Assembly (NCBI GenBank): GCA_964444075.1
Contig: CAYUFF010000001.1
Span: forward strand, 1 to 42,330
Length of the DNA stretch: 42,330 nucleotides
Direction: 5' to 3'
Origin: an uncultured archaeon
Lineage (GTDB): Archaea; Aenigmatarchaeota; Aenigmatarchaeia; CG10238-14; SCSR01
Positions 9,205 to 18,365 of the stretch are shown piece after piece (within the stretch, counting starts at the first letter, position 1; every line of letters begins with the position of its first letter). The notes beneath the pieces were generated by a model. The model made no database searches and was not told where the DNA came from. It saw only the letters and a list, made by a program, of their open reading frames with translations. A program made the position numbers and the translations under genes.

Positions 9205-9735
9205 TCACTTGCTCTCAAATTCTTCGATTTCGTACTTGAACTCCCTGTCCGATTTTATCGCTCCCCTTTCCTTCAGGATTTCTCTAGCGAGCAACCAGAA
9301 AACAGTTGCTATCGCCTTTTTACCGACGTTGTTGCAGGGTATCACCAGGTCTACATTCTTTGTCTCGTTGAAGGTGTCACACAACGCTACCACGGGAATC
9401 CTCGCCTTGACGGCTTCTTCCAGGGCTCTGTAGTCTACTAGCGGGTCCGTTATGAGTAGAACGTCCGGCTCGACGTAATGCTTCAAGCTCGGGTTGGTGA
9501 GCATTCCTGGCATGAATCTCCCAGTCACAGCTTTGCAACCCACGATTTCCGCGAACTTTTTAACGGCTTTAAAAGCAATCTGCTTTCGCGTCGCCACGAG
9601 GATTTCTTTCTGCCTCGCTAAAAACTTCGCGGCTATTCTTATTCTTTCGTCTACTTTCTTCAAATCAAAGACCGCAAGACCAGTAGGCCTTACGTGGTAG
9701 ATGAATTCCCTCATGTCCTCAGTCTTCTGCTTCAT
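9205..9735 (-). CDS. rps2: 30S ribosomal protein S2 (uS2, Sa/p40 family)
   Basis: 'ITDPLVDYRALEEAVKARIPVVALCDTFNETKNVDLVIPCNNVGKKAIATVFWLLAREIL' matches the conserved uS2 core ('LVVTDPRADHQ...IPCNNKG...WLLAREVL'). Confidence 0.85.
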   Translation of the reverse strand: MKQKTEDMREFIYHVRPTGLAVFDLKKVDERIRIAAKFLARQKEILVATRKQIAFKAVKKFAEIVGCKAVTGRFMPGMLTNPSLKHYVEPDVLLITDPLVDYRALEEAVKARIPVVALCDTFNETKNVDLVIPCNNVGKKAIATVFWLLAREILKERGAIKSDREFKYEIEEFESK

Positions 9736-9821
9736 CCCTATGTGGATTCCCGATGCAAGGTACTTTGCTTTCGGTATCAGAAACCTTACCGGAATTTTTC
9801 CACCCCCTAAAAATTAAGCCC

Positions 9822-10607
9822 TCAACCTATATAAGTTAGTTCCTCCTTCTTCGTAGCCTCCCTGGCCACTTGGGCTAGCGCTCTCTTCTGCGTCTCTTCT
9901 ACCTTCTTGATGAAGTCCTCCATCTCCTTTACCCTCTTCTCAAGCTTCGTTAAGTCGACATCGAGGTTCAAAACCTTCATCAAAACTTTCAGCACCGCCT
10001 CCGCGCTCTTAGGGTCCGGAATTATCGGAAATCCGGTCGTTTCCCCTAGGAGACACACGCCCTTTATTCCGTAGTACTTACCCAAACCAAGCATCAATCC
10101 AGCCGCACCTACTATCGTTCCCGCCCTCACGCCGGCAGCAAACTCTACGCCGGCTTCTTCATACTTCTTCACCAGGCTGAGGTCGTTGGTAGCACCCACC
10201 ACCTTTGGTCTCGCCACCACTTCACCGACGTTAAGACCTCCGAGCGTTATGATTTCTTTGACTTTGAGCTTCTTGAGGTACTTCAACACCTCCTCCGCGA
10301 TCTCGTAATGACCTTCGGAATCGACGCTTTGCATGTCGCCGGTAAGGATGATTAAATCCCTCTGACCCTTTTTCTTGGCCTTCCAAAAGAAAAACTCGTA
10401 CTTTAGCAAGTGGGTTTCGCTTGTCTCGTGGAGCAGAACGAACGGCATGAAGTGCGAGGAGATGAGCTCGGCAAACTTCTTAGCCCCAAGCTCCTCCGCG
10501 AGGTAACCGGCCGCTATCCTTCCTACGTTCCCTATTCCCGGCAGACCTTGAATGAAGATAGGATTTTTCAACCTTGGCCTGCTAAGCTCGATTATCCTCG
10601 TGGTCAT
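9822..10607 (-). CDS. PAC2-family protein (proteasome-assembly-chaperone-like, COG1938)
   Basis: 'IFIQGLPGIGNVGRIAAGYL' matches the GxPGxGxVG signature of the PAC2 family. Its position directly downstream of nop10/eIF2-alpha matches the conserved archaeal gene cluster. Confidence 0.55.
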   Translation of the reverse strand: MTTRIIELSRPRLKNPIFIQGLPGIGNVGRIAAGYLAEELGAKKFAELISSHFMPFVLLHETSETHLLKYEFFFWKAKKKGQRDLIILTGDMQSVDSEGHYEIAEEVLKYLKKLKVKEIITLGGLNVGEVVARPKVVGATNDLSLVKKYEEAGVEFAAGVRAGTIVGAAGLMLGLGKYYGIKGVCLLGETTGFPIIPDPKSAEAVLKVLMKVLNLDVDLTKLEKRVKEMEDFIKKVEETQKRALAQVAREATKKEELTYIG

Positions 10608-10608
10608 A

Positions 10609-10773
10609 TTATTTATTTCCCGCGGTTTCCCTTATAAGCTTTCTCCTCCACTTCCCGAACTTATCCTCTGGAGAATACCTAGGCGGATGTGGCGATACCG
10701 TCGCTCTCCCGCACTTCGGACAAGTATCCTTTAGCGTGTACAAGCCGCAACTCTTGCACTTCCTCAGCCTCAC
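10609..10773 (-). CDS. nop10: H/ACA ribonucleoprotein subunit Nop10 (54 aa, GTG start). Not in the ORF track because it is shorter than 60 aa.
   Basis: Manual translation of the minus strand gives 'MRLRKCKSCGLYTLKDTCPKCGRATVSPHPPRYSPEDKFGKWRRKLIRETAGNK'. It has the Nop10 zinc ribbon CxxC...CxxC and 'HPPRYSPEDK...RR'. Stop TAA at 10611..10609, 1 nt before the ATG of the PAC2-like gene. It sits between aIF2-alpha and PAC2 as in other archaea. Confidence 0.8.
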   Translation of the reverse strand: MRLRKCKSCGLYTLKDTCPKCGRATVSPHPPRYSPEDKFGKWRRKLIRETAGNK

Positions 10774-10784
10774 CCTCTCACTCG

Positions 10785-11564
10785 TTACTCCTCCAAGATT
10801 TCGTAGCTTGCTTCACCGCCTAAACTCCTTCCCATCTCCACGGCTTCCTCCAGCCAAGTTCTTAGTTTCTTCTCGTCTTCCTTCGGAGACGTCGTTCGCA
10901 TCCTCACCAAATACCTCGGAGCCGAGATGTAGGTAATGTCTATCCTCTCGTCCTTCTCCTCCAGGGACTTCAAAACCTTTTTGACTCTCTCTATCCCATC
11001 GCCGGAATAAAACTTGAGTTTTAGCTCCCCCCTCAGCCAAACTTCCCTTTCCTCGAAACTCTTCTCTATGGCTTCTAAGAGAGCCTTCCTCCACCTCGCC
11101 GGAATTCCGAGCTCATCCAGAAACTGCGGCCTCTTCCTTATTTTTTCGAACGCGGAAAAGAGGGAATCGAAATTCTCCTGCAGGAGAAAACCAACTTCTT
11201 CATAAGCTTCTTCCAAACTCTTTCCAACCTTGCTAGCGGCCTGTTCGAGAATTTTCTCCGCCCTGTTCTCCTTCTTGAACTCGTTCATCTTCCTCTCCTT
11301 TTCCTTCTGCGAAACCCTCTTCAGGCTAAGCTCCACGACCTTCTTTTCTCTATCGACCCTCATCACCTTCGTCACGTATTGCTTGTCCTTCTTCACGTAC
11401 CTCCTTATGTCGTGCACGTGCCTTCCAGCCACTTCGCTGACGTGGATCATCCCTTGCAGCCCAGGGTATTCGAGGAGCTCGCACCATGCTGCGAAGGGGG
11501 TTATCCTATCGACCCTACAAACTACGAGCTCCTTAGGTTCCGGAAATCCTTTCTTCCTCACCAT
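10785..11564 (-). CDS. eif2a: Translation initiation factor 2 subunit alpha (aIF2-alpha)
   Basis: S1-domain 'GMIHVSEVAGRHVHDIRRYVKKDKQYVTKVMRVDREKKVVELSLKRV' and C-terminal 'ISAPRYLVRMRTTSPKE' match the e/aIF2-alpha family. The ATG at 11564 is preferred over the TTG at 11570. Confidence 0.85.
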   Translation of the reverse strand: MVRKKGFPEPKELVVCRVDRITPFAAWCELLEYPGLQGMIHVSEVAGRHVHDIRRYVKKDKQYVTKVMRVDREKKVVELSLKRVSQKEKERKMNEFKKENRAEKILEQAASKVGKSLEEAYEEVGFLLQENFDSLFSAFEKIRKRPQFLDELGIPARWRKALLEAIEKSFEEREVWLRGELKLKFYSGDGIERVKKVLKSLEEKDERIDITYISAPRYLVRMRTTSPKEDEKKLRTWLEEAVEMGRSLGGEASYEILEE

Positions 11565-11575
11565 ACACAAAAAAC

Positions 11576-12172
11576 TTAGAAAGCGCTTTCAAATACTTTT
11601 AAGTTTATCTCGTAGACTTTGGGTTTGAGTGCCCTCTTCACGCTTTCCATCACACTCTCCTTTTTCAGGGGAAGGTAGCCTTCTGCGATGCTCTTTCCTA
11701 AGAGGTAAACGTTAGCGCACACGCTGCTCCCGCTAATCTCCACGGCCTTCTCGCTGGCGTTGACGAAGATCGCTTCTTTGCAAAACCTTCTCGATAGTCT
11801 TTCCATCTTCGCGAGCGAGGGATAATCCTTACCAAGAATGTAAACGCTCACCGGCTTTATAGGCTTGGAGTCGGAGAGAAGAGTAGTCCTTTCCCTGCTA
11901 CCGTAGAAGACGTTCCTCAACCCTTCCAAGGGCTCCAGCGCCAGGATTAGGTCAGCCTTCGCGACCGGTACGAGGGGTGAATACACCCTCTTCCCGAACC
12001 TTACGTGGCAGACCACCGAGCCGTAACGCTGGGATAGCCCGTGAACCTCTGCCATCTTCACGTCGTAACCTTCTTCCATCGCAGCCTTGGAAATCGTATA
12101 GGCCAGGGTGAGCACTCCCTGACCTCCGACTCCTGCGATAATAATATTGAACTCCTCAACCCTTCCCCTCAT
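11576..12172 (-). CDS. iorB: Indolepyruvate:ferredoxin oxidoreductase subunit beta (2-oxoacid:Fd oxidoreductase gamma-type)
   Basis: 'IIIAGVGGQGVLTLA' N-terminal signature of IorB/POR-gamma. 17-nt overlap with upstream iorA. Confidence 0.75.
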   Translation of the reverse strand: MRGRVEEFNIIIAGVGGQGVLTLAYTISKAAMEEGYDVKMAEVHGLSQRYGSVVCHVRFGKRVYSPLVPVAKADLILALEPLEGLRNVFYGSRERTTLLSDSKPIKPVSVYILGKDYPSLAKMERLSRRFCKEAIFVNASEKAVEISGSSVCANVYLLGKSIAEGYLPLKKESVMESVKRALKPKVYEINLKVFESAF

Positions 12173-14054
12173 CCCTCACCACCTCGATAGCCCTTTGCGG
12201 GCAGGCTTGGACACAAACTCCGCAGCCGTTGCAAACTTGCTCGTCTATCCTGTAATTCCCCTCCTCATCCTCGTAAATCGCTGGGCATGCGAACTCCCTC
12301 ACGCAAACTCCGCACTTGTTACACTTCTCCTGGTTAACCCTGAACTTCGGAATCGCAATCCCTTGCTTCTTAGCCCTCCTTACGAACTTGAGCCTGCATT
12401 CTCTCCTAGCGACGATGACGGAAAGCTTTCCCGAGGTTAAAAACTCTTTCACAGTCTTCCTCACTTCCTCGATGTTGTAAGGGTCGATAACCTTAACGTT
12501 TTCTATTCCCAAGGAGGAAACAAGCCTCTCTATGCTTACCTTCTTCGTCTCCTCCCCCATCGCAGTCATTCCCACGCCGGGATGAGTCTGGTGGCCAGTC
12601 ATCGCGGTAGTCTCGTTATCAAGGATCATCACCAACGGCGAGCTTTTGTTGAAGACCATGTTTATAAGCGCTGGAATGCCAGCGTGGAAGAACGTGGAAT
12701 CGCCTACGAAGGCTATGGTCTTCTGTTTCGAAGACTTGCTTATCCCGTGGGCTATCCCTTCTCCGGCTCCCATGCAAAGGATTACGTCCTCGACCTCGTA
12801 GGGAGGAAACACGCCAAGCATATAGCAACCTATGTCGCCGCAAAAAGCGACATCTTCTCCGAGCTCTTCGCAAGCCTTTTTTACCGCGAAGAAGAGCGGC
12901 CTGTAAGGGCAACCGGGACACATGACCGGAAACCTTGCGGGCAAGTTTTTCCTCACCCTCTCGAAGCTCTTCAGGTGAGCTTCGTAGCTGAACCTAGGCT
13001 TCCTCCTCGAAAACTTAGCCACGGCTTCGCAAACCTTTTCCGGAGTCAGCTCCCCCACCTCTGGTACCAAATCCTTTCCCCTGATCTTAGTCTTTAGTCC
13101 GTTTTCCTGGGCTATCCTCTTTACCTCGCTTTCCAGCACAGGGTCGAGTTCCTCCACCACTAGCACTTCTTTGAAATTTTTCAGGAACCTGACGATAAGC
13201 TTGCTCGGAAGCGGATGGGTAGTCGTGAGCTTCAGCACCCTGGCGGAGAGGTTAAGTTCCCTCACGGCTTCCATCACGTAGTTGAAGGAAGTTCCGCTCG
13301 TGATTATCCCAATTGTAGGACGCTTTCCAGCGAAGCTTTCTACGAAGTTGAGCCTCGACCTTTCAAACTCTCCCTTCACCCTCTCGAGCTTCTGGAGTAT
13401 CCTTTCGTGAAGCCTCAACACGTTGGGAGGTAGCGTGTTATATCTTTCATCCTTGACGAACTTCGCCTCCCCTTTCTTCCTTTTCCTGAGCGGTGCGAAC
13501 TCGACTATACCCCTGCTGTGGCTCACCCTAGTAGTTGTTCTGAGTATCACAGGAATTTCGTACTTTTTCGAGATCCTGAAAGCTTCGACGACGCAGTCCT
13601 TGCATTCTTGAGGAGTTGAAGGCTCTAGCGTCGGTATCTTTCCCATCCTCGGGTAATGCCTGGAATCCTGCTCGGACTGGGCGGAGCTCCAGCCTTGGGG
13701 GTCGTCGGCTATGATTACGACCATCCCTCCCCTCGTTCCCACGTAAGCGATCGGTAGCAAGGAGTCTGAAGCTACGTTAGCGCCGAAGTGCTTCATCGAA
13801 GCCATGGAAGCGAGTCCGCAAAAGCTCGCTGCTCCAGCGGTTTCTACAGCAACCTTTTCGTTGACGCTCCACTCGAAGTAGATTCCAACTTCTTTAGCTA
13901 GAATCGAGAGTATGTTTCCTATCTCGCTCGCGGGAGTGCCGGGATAGCTGGCCGCGAACTCTACACCAGCCTCGATGGCACCCCTTACTATGGCTTCGTT
14001 TCCGAGGAGGAATTCTTTGATGGGTTTTTCGGTGAGAAGGATTTGGTAGGTCAT
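12156..14054 (-). CDS. iorA: Indolepyruvate:ferredoxin oxidoreductase subunit alpha (TPP-binding, two 4Fe-4S ferredoxin motifs)
   Basis: N-terminal 'GNEAIVRGAIEAGVEFAASYPGTPASEI'. TPP-binding 'GDIGCY'. C-terminal 'CNKCGVCVREFACPAI...CNGCGVCVQACPQRAI' double CxxCxxCxxxCP. Confidence 0.85.
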   Translation of the reverse strand: MTYQILLTEKPIKEFLLGNEAIVRGAIEAGVEFAASYPGTPASEIGNILSILAKEVGIYFEWSVNEKVAVETAGAASFCGLASMASMKHFGANVASDSLLPIAYVGTRGGMVVIIADDPQGWSSAQSEQDSRHYPRMGKIPTLEPSTPQECKDCVVEAFRISKKYEIPVILRTTTRVSHSRGIVEFAPLRKRKKGEAKFVKDERYNTLPPNVLRLHERILQKLERVKGEFERSRLNFVESFAGKRPTIGIITSGTSFNYVMEAVRELNLSARVLKLTTTHPLPSKLIVRFLKNFKEVLVVEELDPVLESEVKRIAQENGLKTKIRGKDLVPEVGELTPEKVCEAVAKFSRRKPRFSYEAHLKSFERVRKNLPARFPVMCPGCPYRPLFFAVKKACEELGEDVAFCGDIGCYMLGVFPPYEVEDVILCMGAGEGIAHGISKSSKQKTIAFVGDSTFFHAGIPALINMVFNKSSPLVMILDNETTAMTGHQTHPGVGMTAMGEETKKVSIERLVSSLGIENVKVIDPYNIEEVRKTVKEFLTSGKLSVIVARRECRLKFVRRAKKQGIAIPKFRVNQEKCNKCGVCVREFACPAIYEDEEGNYRIDEQVCNGCGVCVQACPQRAIEVVRDEGKG

Positions 14055-14116
14055 TAAAGATATTTTTGACTCTTTCGCACTTTAAATTTTAAACCTCACA
14101 ATTCCCAAATTGTGTT

Positions 14117-15298
14117 ATGAAAATATGCTTTCTTTGTGATAGCTTTTACCCTTATCTTGGGGGTTCAGAAACCTATCTTAAAGAACTAGGAATTGGTCTT
14201 TCTAAGTACAAAGATATTGAGGAAATAATTTATTTAACAGCTCTTCTACCACGAACGAATAAAGTTGTTGAGAAAAATGTTTTCGACAGCAAAAAAATAA
14301 AAATTATAAGAATTCCTTTCCCAACAAGTTCGTTCTCGGTTTTTTTATCTCGTTGTCTTTTTTCTCTAGGTAATGTTCTTCTTAAAAAAATTGTAGAGGA
14401 CGTCGACATTTATCATGTTATAACCTATCTTCCTTCTTTCACAGGATGGATTTTTCGTTACATGACCGGCAAACCGGTAGTACTTTTTTGTCACGAATTT
14501 TTTAGAGAAAAATGGAAATTTTTACGAGTACCTCCAGGTTCCTGTTTCTTCTTTAAAAAAATGGAGGAAATTATCTCCCATTTTCCTTACACATGGTTTA
14601 TTTGCCCTTCACAATACACAAAAAATTCTCTTGTCGAGGCTGGCGTTCCTCCACACAAGATTTCTGTGATTTATCATGGTGTTAGTGAAATTTTTTCTCC
14701 CATAGGGGGAAACTTAAGAAAAGTATTCAACTTAAAAGACTCACCAATTGTAGGGTGGATTGGAAGAATGCAAGAATGGGGTCAAAAGGGGATTCCCTTT
14801 CTGTTGAAAACAATAAAATACGTGAAAAATCAAATCCCCACTGTGAAATTTTTAATTGGGGGCCCGTATTTTAACAGAATAAAACCATTGATTGATAAAT
14901 TAGGTGTAAGAAAAAATGTTATTTACGTTGGAAGAGTTCCTTATCATAAATTACCCTTTTTTTACAGAACTTGCGATGTATTTCTTTCTACCTCTATTAG
15001 CGAGGGTTTTGGGTTTACTTGTGCTGAGGCTCAGAAATGTGGTATACCTGTTGTTGGTTTTCGCACAGGCGCACTCCCTGAAATTGTAAAAAATTATAAA
15101 ACGGGTCTCTTGATCGAACCTTTCGATGTAAAAGAATTATCGGAGAGTATTTGTGAAATCCTTCAAAATAGAGAGTGGAGGGAAAAAATGAGAAAAAACT
15201 GTGTAAGGATTTTTTCTAGAAAATTTAAATGGGAAACTTCAATAAAACATCACTATACCATTTATACCAAACTTTTACACGAATGTGAAAGAATTTGA
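14117..15298 (+). CDS. Glycosyltransferase family 4 (GT-B, RfaG/GT1-like)
   Basis: C-terminal 'STSISEGFGFTCAEAQKCGIPVVGFRTGALPEIV' has the E-x7-E GT4 motif. The gene is markedly AT-rich ('aaaaataaaaattataag') compared with its neighbours. Confidence 0.8.
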   Translation: MKICFLCDSFYPYLGGSETYLKELGIGLSKYKDIEEIIYLTALLPRTNKVVEKNVFDSKKIKIIRIPFPTSSFSVFLSRCLFSLGNVLLKKIVEDVDIYHVITYLPSFTGWIFRYMTGKPVVLFCHEFFREKWKFLRVPPGSCFFFKKMEEIISHFPYTWFICPSQYTKNSLVEAGVPPHKISVIYHGVSEIFSPIGGNLRKVFNLKDSPIVGWIGRMQEWGQKGIPFLLKTIKYVKNQIPTVKFLIGGPYFNRIKPLIDKLGVRKNVIYVGRVPYHKLPFFYRTCDVFLSTSISEGFGFTCAEAQKCGIPVVGFRTGALPEIVKNYKTGLLIEPFDVKELSESICEILQNREWREKMRKNCVRIFSRKFKWETSIKHHYTIYTKLLHECERI

Positions 15299-15471
15299 TT
15301 ATGTTTTTTAACTAAAACTATATCAAAAGTAAAGAAACGAACAAAAAAGCAAAGCTTTATAACCCCTTTTAAATTAACTGTGTAATTATGAAAAAATACA
15401 AACCTCTCTTGTTAGCGTGGTACATTCTCTTAATATGGATTTTAAGGAAGTTTCGACAAAAGTGATTAAGT

Positions 15472-17631
15472 ATGATGCCCTCGATCGACGTAAGCGCTCT
15501 CGCGAGAAAATGCTTTTACCCAAGCTTGCTTATCGTTTTGCTCGGAGGCATAGTTTATCTCTCGGTGTGGGTGAGGCTCTCCACAATCTCCACTCCTACT
15601 GTCTTGGACTACGACCCGTGGTGGTTCTACAGGCATGCGAAGATGATTTTGGAAAACGGATTTAAGATGCCCGCCTGGGATTATCTGAGCTTCTACCCTC
15701 CTGGAAGACCCGTCGAACCTTTCCAAGGATGGTCGTACACGATAGCGTTACTTTACCTGCTACTGAAAAACCTATCACCTTCCATCACGCTAACGAAGGC
15801 CGCGATAATCTCTCCGCTCGTGATGGTAGCGCTTACTCCTATTCCAGCTTTCTTCCTCGGCAGGATACTAACGCGAAACGACGTGGGGGCTTTGGCTACC
15901 GCCCTCTTCTCAACCTTAACGCCAGCTTTCATAGGAGTCAGCATGGCCGGTTATTGCGATACCGACGCTCCCGTGGTCTTTTACTCCTTCCTTTCCGTAT
16001 TGAGCGTAATCCTAGCCATTCAAAGAAAATCGATATCCCTATGCGTTATCGCCGCCCTCGTGAACTTCTTGTTCATCTTCAACTGGGGAGGAGGTTGGAT
16101 CACTCTCATGCTTTTCACCGCGTTCATCCCGGCGATCCTAGCCTTCAGGGTCCTCGAATCGTTCTTGCATACTGGAAGGTTGACGCTCACCACAGAATGC
16201 CTGCGAGAGTTGAAATCTCTCTTGCTTCCCTTGGTAATAATCCTCTCGATCACCAACGTGCTGGCAATCGTGTTCGGGTTCCACAACATCCTCCAATCTT
16301 TCAGGGGAAGCTTAGCCTTCACCGGCATAGCTGGTCAGCCCTTGATCGTGAACATCTCAGTAGCCGAGCTCCAACCCATCAACATTTTTACCAGGGACGG
16401 ATTTCTACAGGTCGCCGGTAGAGTGGGTGTCCTTCCTCTGGTCCTTTCTCTCTTCGGAATCCCTGCTCTCGCGATTTTCAAGCTTTGGAGGAGGGAAAGG
16501 ATTTCTTGGGTCGAGGTCTTCCTCTTCCTCTGGGCACTCGTCGCTTTCTACCTCATCTCAAGGGGTGTAAGGTTCTCGTTACTATTTTCGATCGCAGCCA
16601 CGGTCTCGAGCGGCTACGTGGTAGGAAACCTGTGGAACTACCTGAAAGGGAGGAGAGATGTCGTTTCCTTCACAGTTTTCGCCCTCCTGGCTTTCTTCTC
16701 GTTCCTCTTCGTTTCCCACGCAATAAAGATGGGAATCGCCAGCAAGGGAATGCTCATCAGCAAGAATTGGTATGAAATGCTAGATTGGCTTAAGGAAAAC
16801 GCTGATAAGGATGCTTTGGTAGCTACCTGGTGGGACCCTGGACATATACTCGCTGGTTACACGGGGTTGAAGGTTCATGCAGACGGAGCTCACTGCCCTC
16901 CTGCTCACTGCGTTCCCTACAACCACAACATAAGGATTCAGGACATGGGTAAAATCATGACTACAAGCGATGAGGAGGAGGCGATAAGGATAATAAAGAA
17001 GTACACGAACCTCACGAAGGAGCAGTGCGAGCAGGCCAAGGAGTGGCATAAGGGGAAGATGCCAGAAGATGCGTGCAAGCCCGTTAGCGAGGTTTACTTG
17101 ATAGCCAGCAACGACTTGATAGGCAAGTACTACTGGATGAGCTGCTTCGCAACCTTCGACTGGGACCTATGGACGAAGACCAACGGGAAGAAGTGGAGGT
17201 GTGATGGCAGGAGCTTCTTACAAGCGTTCTTCAAGAAGATGGACCAAGCCCGCGGGATAATAACTTATTGCCCTGGAAGCTGCGATACTTACAAGATTGA
17301 GCTCGTGACCAAGGAAGATAAGCTCGTTCCCGTGCTAACGGTTCCTGGGCAAGGAATAGTCAACGCGGTCGTGAAGGAAATAGTCTACTACCAAGACGGT
17401 AGGGAGGTCTCGCAGGTCTACGAGAAAGCCAAGGTAGATGGCTTGGTATGGGTTGACCCAAGCTTTTCTCTCGTTATCTACATGGACCCGAAAGTTAGGG
17501 ACTCTTTGTTCACAACTCTCTTTTTCTGGGACGGGGATAGTAGCAAGGCTTTCCCTGAGGGGAAGAAGCTCGAACACTTTAAACTAGTGCTCAAGAATCC
17601 AGAGATAAGGCTCTACAAGGTTGTTTTCTAG
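15472..17631 (+). CDS. aglB: Archaeal oligosaccharyltransferase AglB (STT3 homolog), 719 aa polytopic membrane protein
   Basis: Multi-TM N-terminal half with 'DYDPWWFYRHAKMILENGF' (first-loop DxD region). Soluble C-terminal domain carrying the STT3 signature 'WWDPGH' (WWDYG variant). Confidence 0.8.
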   Translation: MMPSIDVSALARKCFYPSLLIVLLGGIVYLSVWVRLSTISTPTVLDYDPWWFYRHAKMILENGFKMPAWDYLSFYPPGRPVEPFQGWSYTIALLYLLLKNLSPSITLTKAAIISPLVMVALTPIPAFFLGRILTRNDVGALATALFSTLTPAFIGVSMAGYCDTDAPVVFYSFLSVLSVILAIQRKSISLCVIAALVNFLFIFNWGGGWITLMLFTAFIPAILAFRVLESFLHTGRLTLTTECLRELKSLLLPLVIILSITNVLAIVFGFHNILQSFRGSLAFTGIAGQPLIVNISVAELQPINIFTRDGFLQVAGRVGVLPLVLSLFGIPALAIFKLWRRERISWVEVFLFLWALVAFYLISRGVRFSLLFSIAATVSSGYVVGNLWNYLKGRRDVVSFTVFALLAFFSFLFVSHAIKMGIASKGMLISKNWYEMLDWLKENADKDALVATWWDPGHILAGYTGLKVHADGAHCPPAHCVPYNHNIRIQDMGKIMTTSDEEEAIRIIKKYTNLTKEQCEQAKEWHKGKMPEDACKPVSEVYLIASNDLIGKYYWMSCFATFDWDLWTKTNGKKWRCDGRSFLQAFFKKMDQARGIITYCPGSCDTYKIELVTKEDKLVPVLTVPGQGIVNAVVKEIVYYQDGREVSQVYEKAKVDGLVWVDPSFSLVIYMDPKVRDSLFTTLFFWDGDSSKAFPEGKKLEHFKLVLKNPEIRLYKVVF

Positions 17632-18324
17632 CTAGAAGTACTTTTCCTTCGAGGAAATAACTATTCCTCGCTCGGTAATCTCGAAAGGATGAACCTGCAT
17701 GCTGTGCTTCGTCCTCCTCATCTTCACTATCTGCAAAGCACGCATGGGAGTTTCCAACGGCAAAACTTTCAGCACGATCACGCTATCGGCTATGAATTCC
17801 TCGAAGCCAAGCCTCCCGAGGGATTGCTGGCCCGATGGTATCTCGGTTATCACCACGCTTGTCATCCTGAGCCTTTTCAAAGTTTTTATCAGGTTGAAAA
17901 CCTTCGTCCTTATCTTGAAAGCTTCTTCCGGCCTTTCCTTCCAGCCCATCGCAGCAAGGGTTAAGCTATCCAGCACGAACCTTTTCACACTTCCCAACCT
18001 CGTGGCTTCTGTGTGGATGAAAGTTTTTAACTCTTCAACATCGCCGGGAGTGAAGTTTACTATCTTACAGAGCCCCTTTTCTATGTAGCTCTTGAAGTTC
18101 CAGCCGTACCTTTCCATGTCCTTCATTATTTCCTCCGGCTCTTGCTCCAGACTTACATATAGCCCTTTCTCTCCTGACTGCAAGCCCTTCCAGATGAATT
18201 GGCAGCCGAAAGTCGTCTTGCAAGTCCCTGTGGCACCAGCCACTAGGTTGACGGAATTCTCCACGAAGCCTCCCTCCATCAACTCATCGAGCCCAGGTAT
18301 TCCCGTCGGAACTCTTCCTGCCAT
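17632..18324 (-). CDS. KaiC-like single-domain RecA-superfamily ATPase (COG0467)
   Basis: 'TGIPGLDELMEGGF', Walker A 'GATGTCKTTF', C-terminal 'KMRRTKHSMQVHPFEITERGIVI'. Convergent with aglB; the stop codons abut ('tagcta'). Confidence 0.8.
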   Translation of the reverse strand: MAGRVPTGIPGLDELMEGGFVENSVNLVAGATGTCKTTFGCQFIWKGLQSGEKGLYVSLEQEPEEIMKDMERYGWNFKSYIEKGLCKIVNFTPGDVEELKTFIHTEATRLGSVKRFVLDSLTLAAMGWKERPEEAFKIRTKVFNLIKTLKRLRMTSVVITEIPSGQQSLGRLGFEEFIADSVIVLKVLPLETPMRALQIVKMRRTKHSMQVHPFEITERGIVISSKEKYF

Positions 18325-18365
18325 GGTTTCTGAATTTAATTTTTCCTGAGAAAAAATAATAAATT

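Noticed and set aside
10410-10936. Small + strand ORFs (10410..10637, 10552..10734, 10736..10936) near the nop10 region
   Set aside because: They lie antisense to the PAC2-like gene, nop10 and aIF2-alpha. The real gene in the gap is the minus-strand Nop10.
12582-13097. 171-aa + strand ORF (and 12619..12921 -) within iorA
   Set aside because: Antisense or alternate frame to a well-supported iorA (TPP and ferredoxin motifs). The product is Arg-rich low complexity.
15729-16421. 230-aa Arg-rich ORF in an alternate frame inside aglB
   Set aside because: It overlaps the multi-TM region of AglB in another frame. The translation is R/H/P-rich, typical of off-frame reading of coding sequence.
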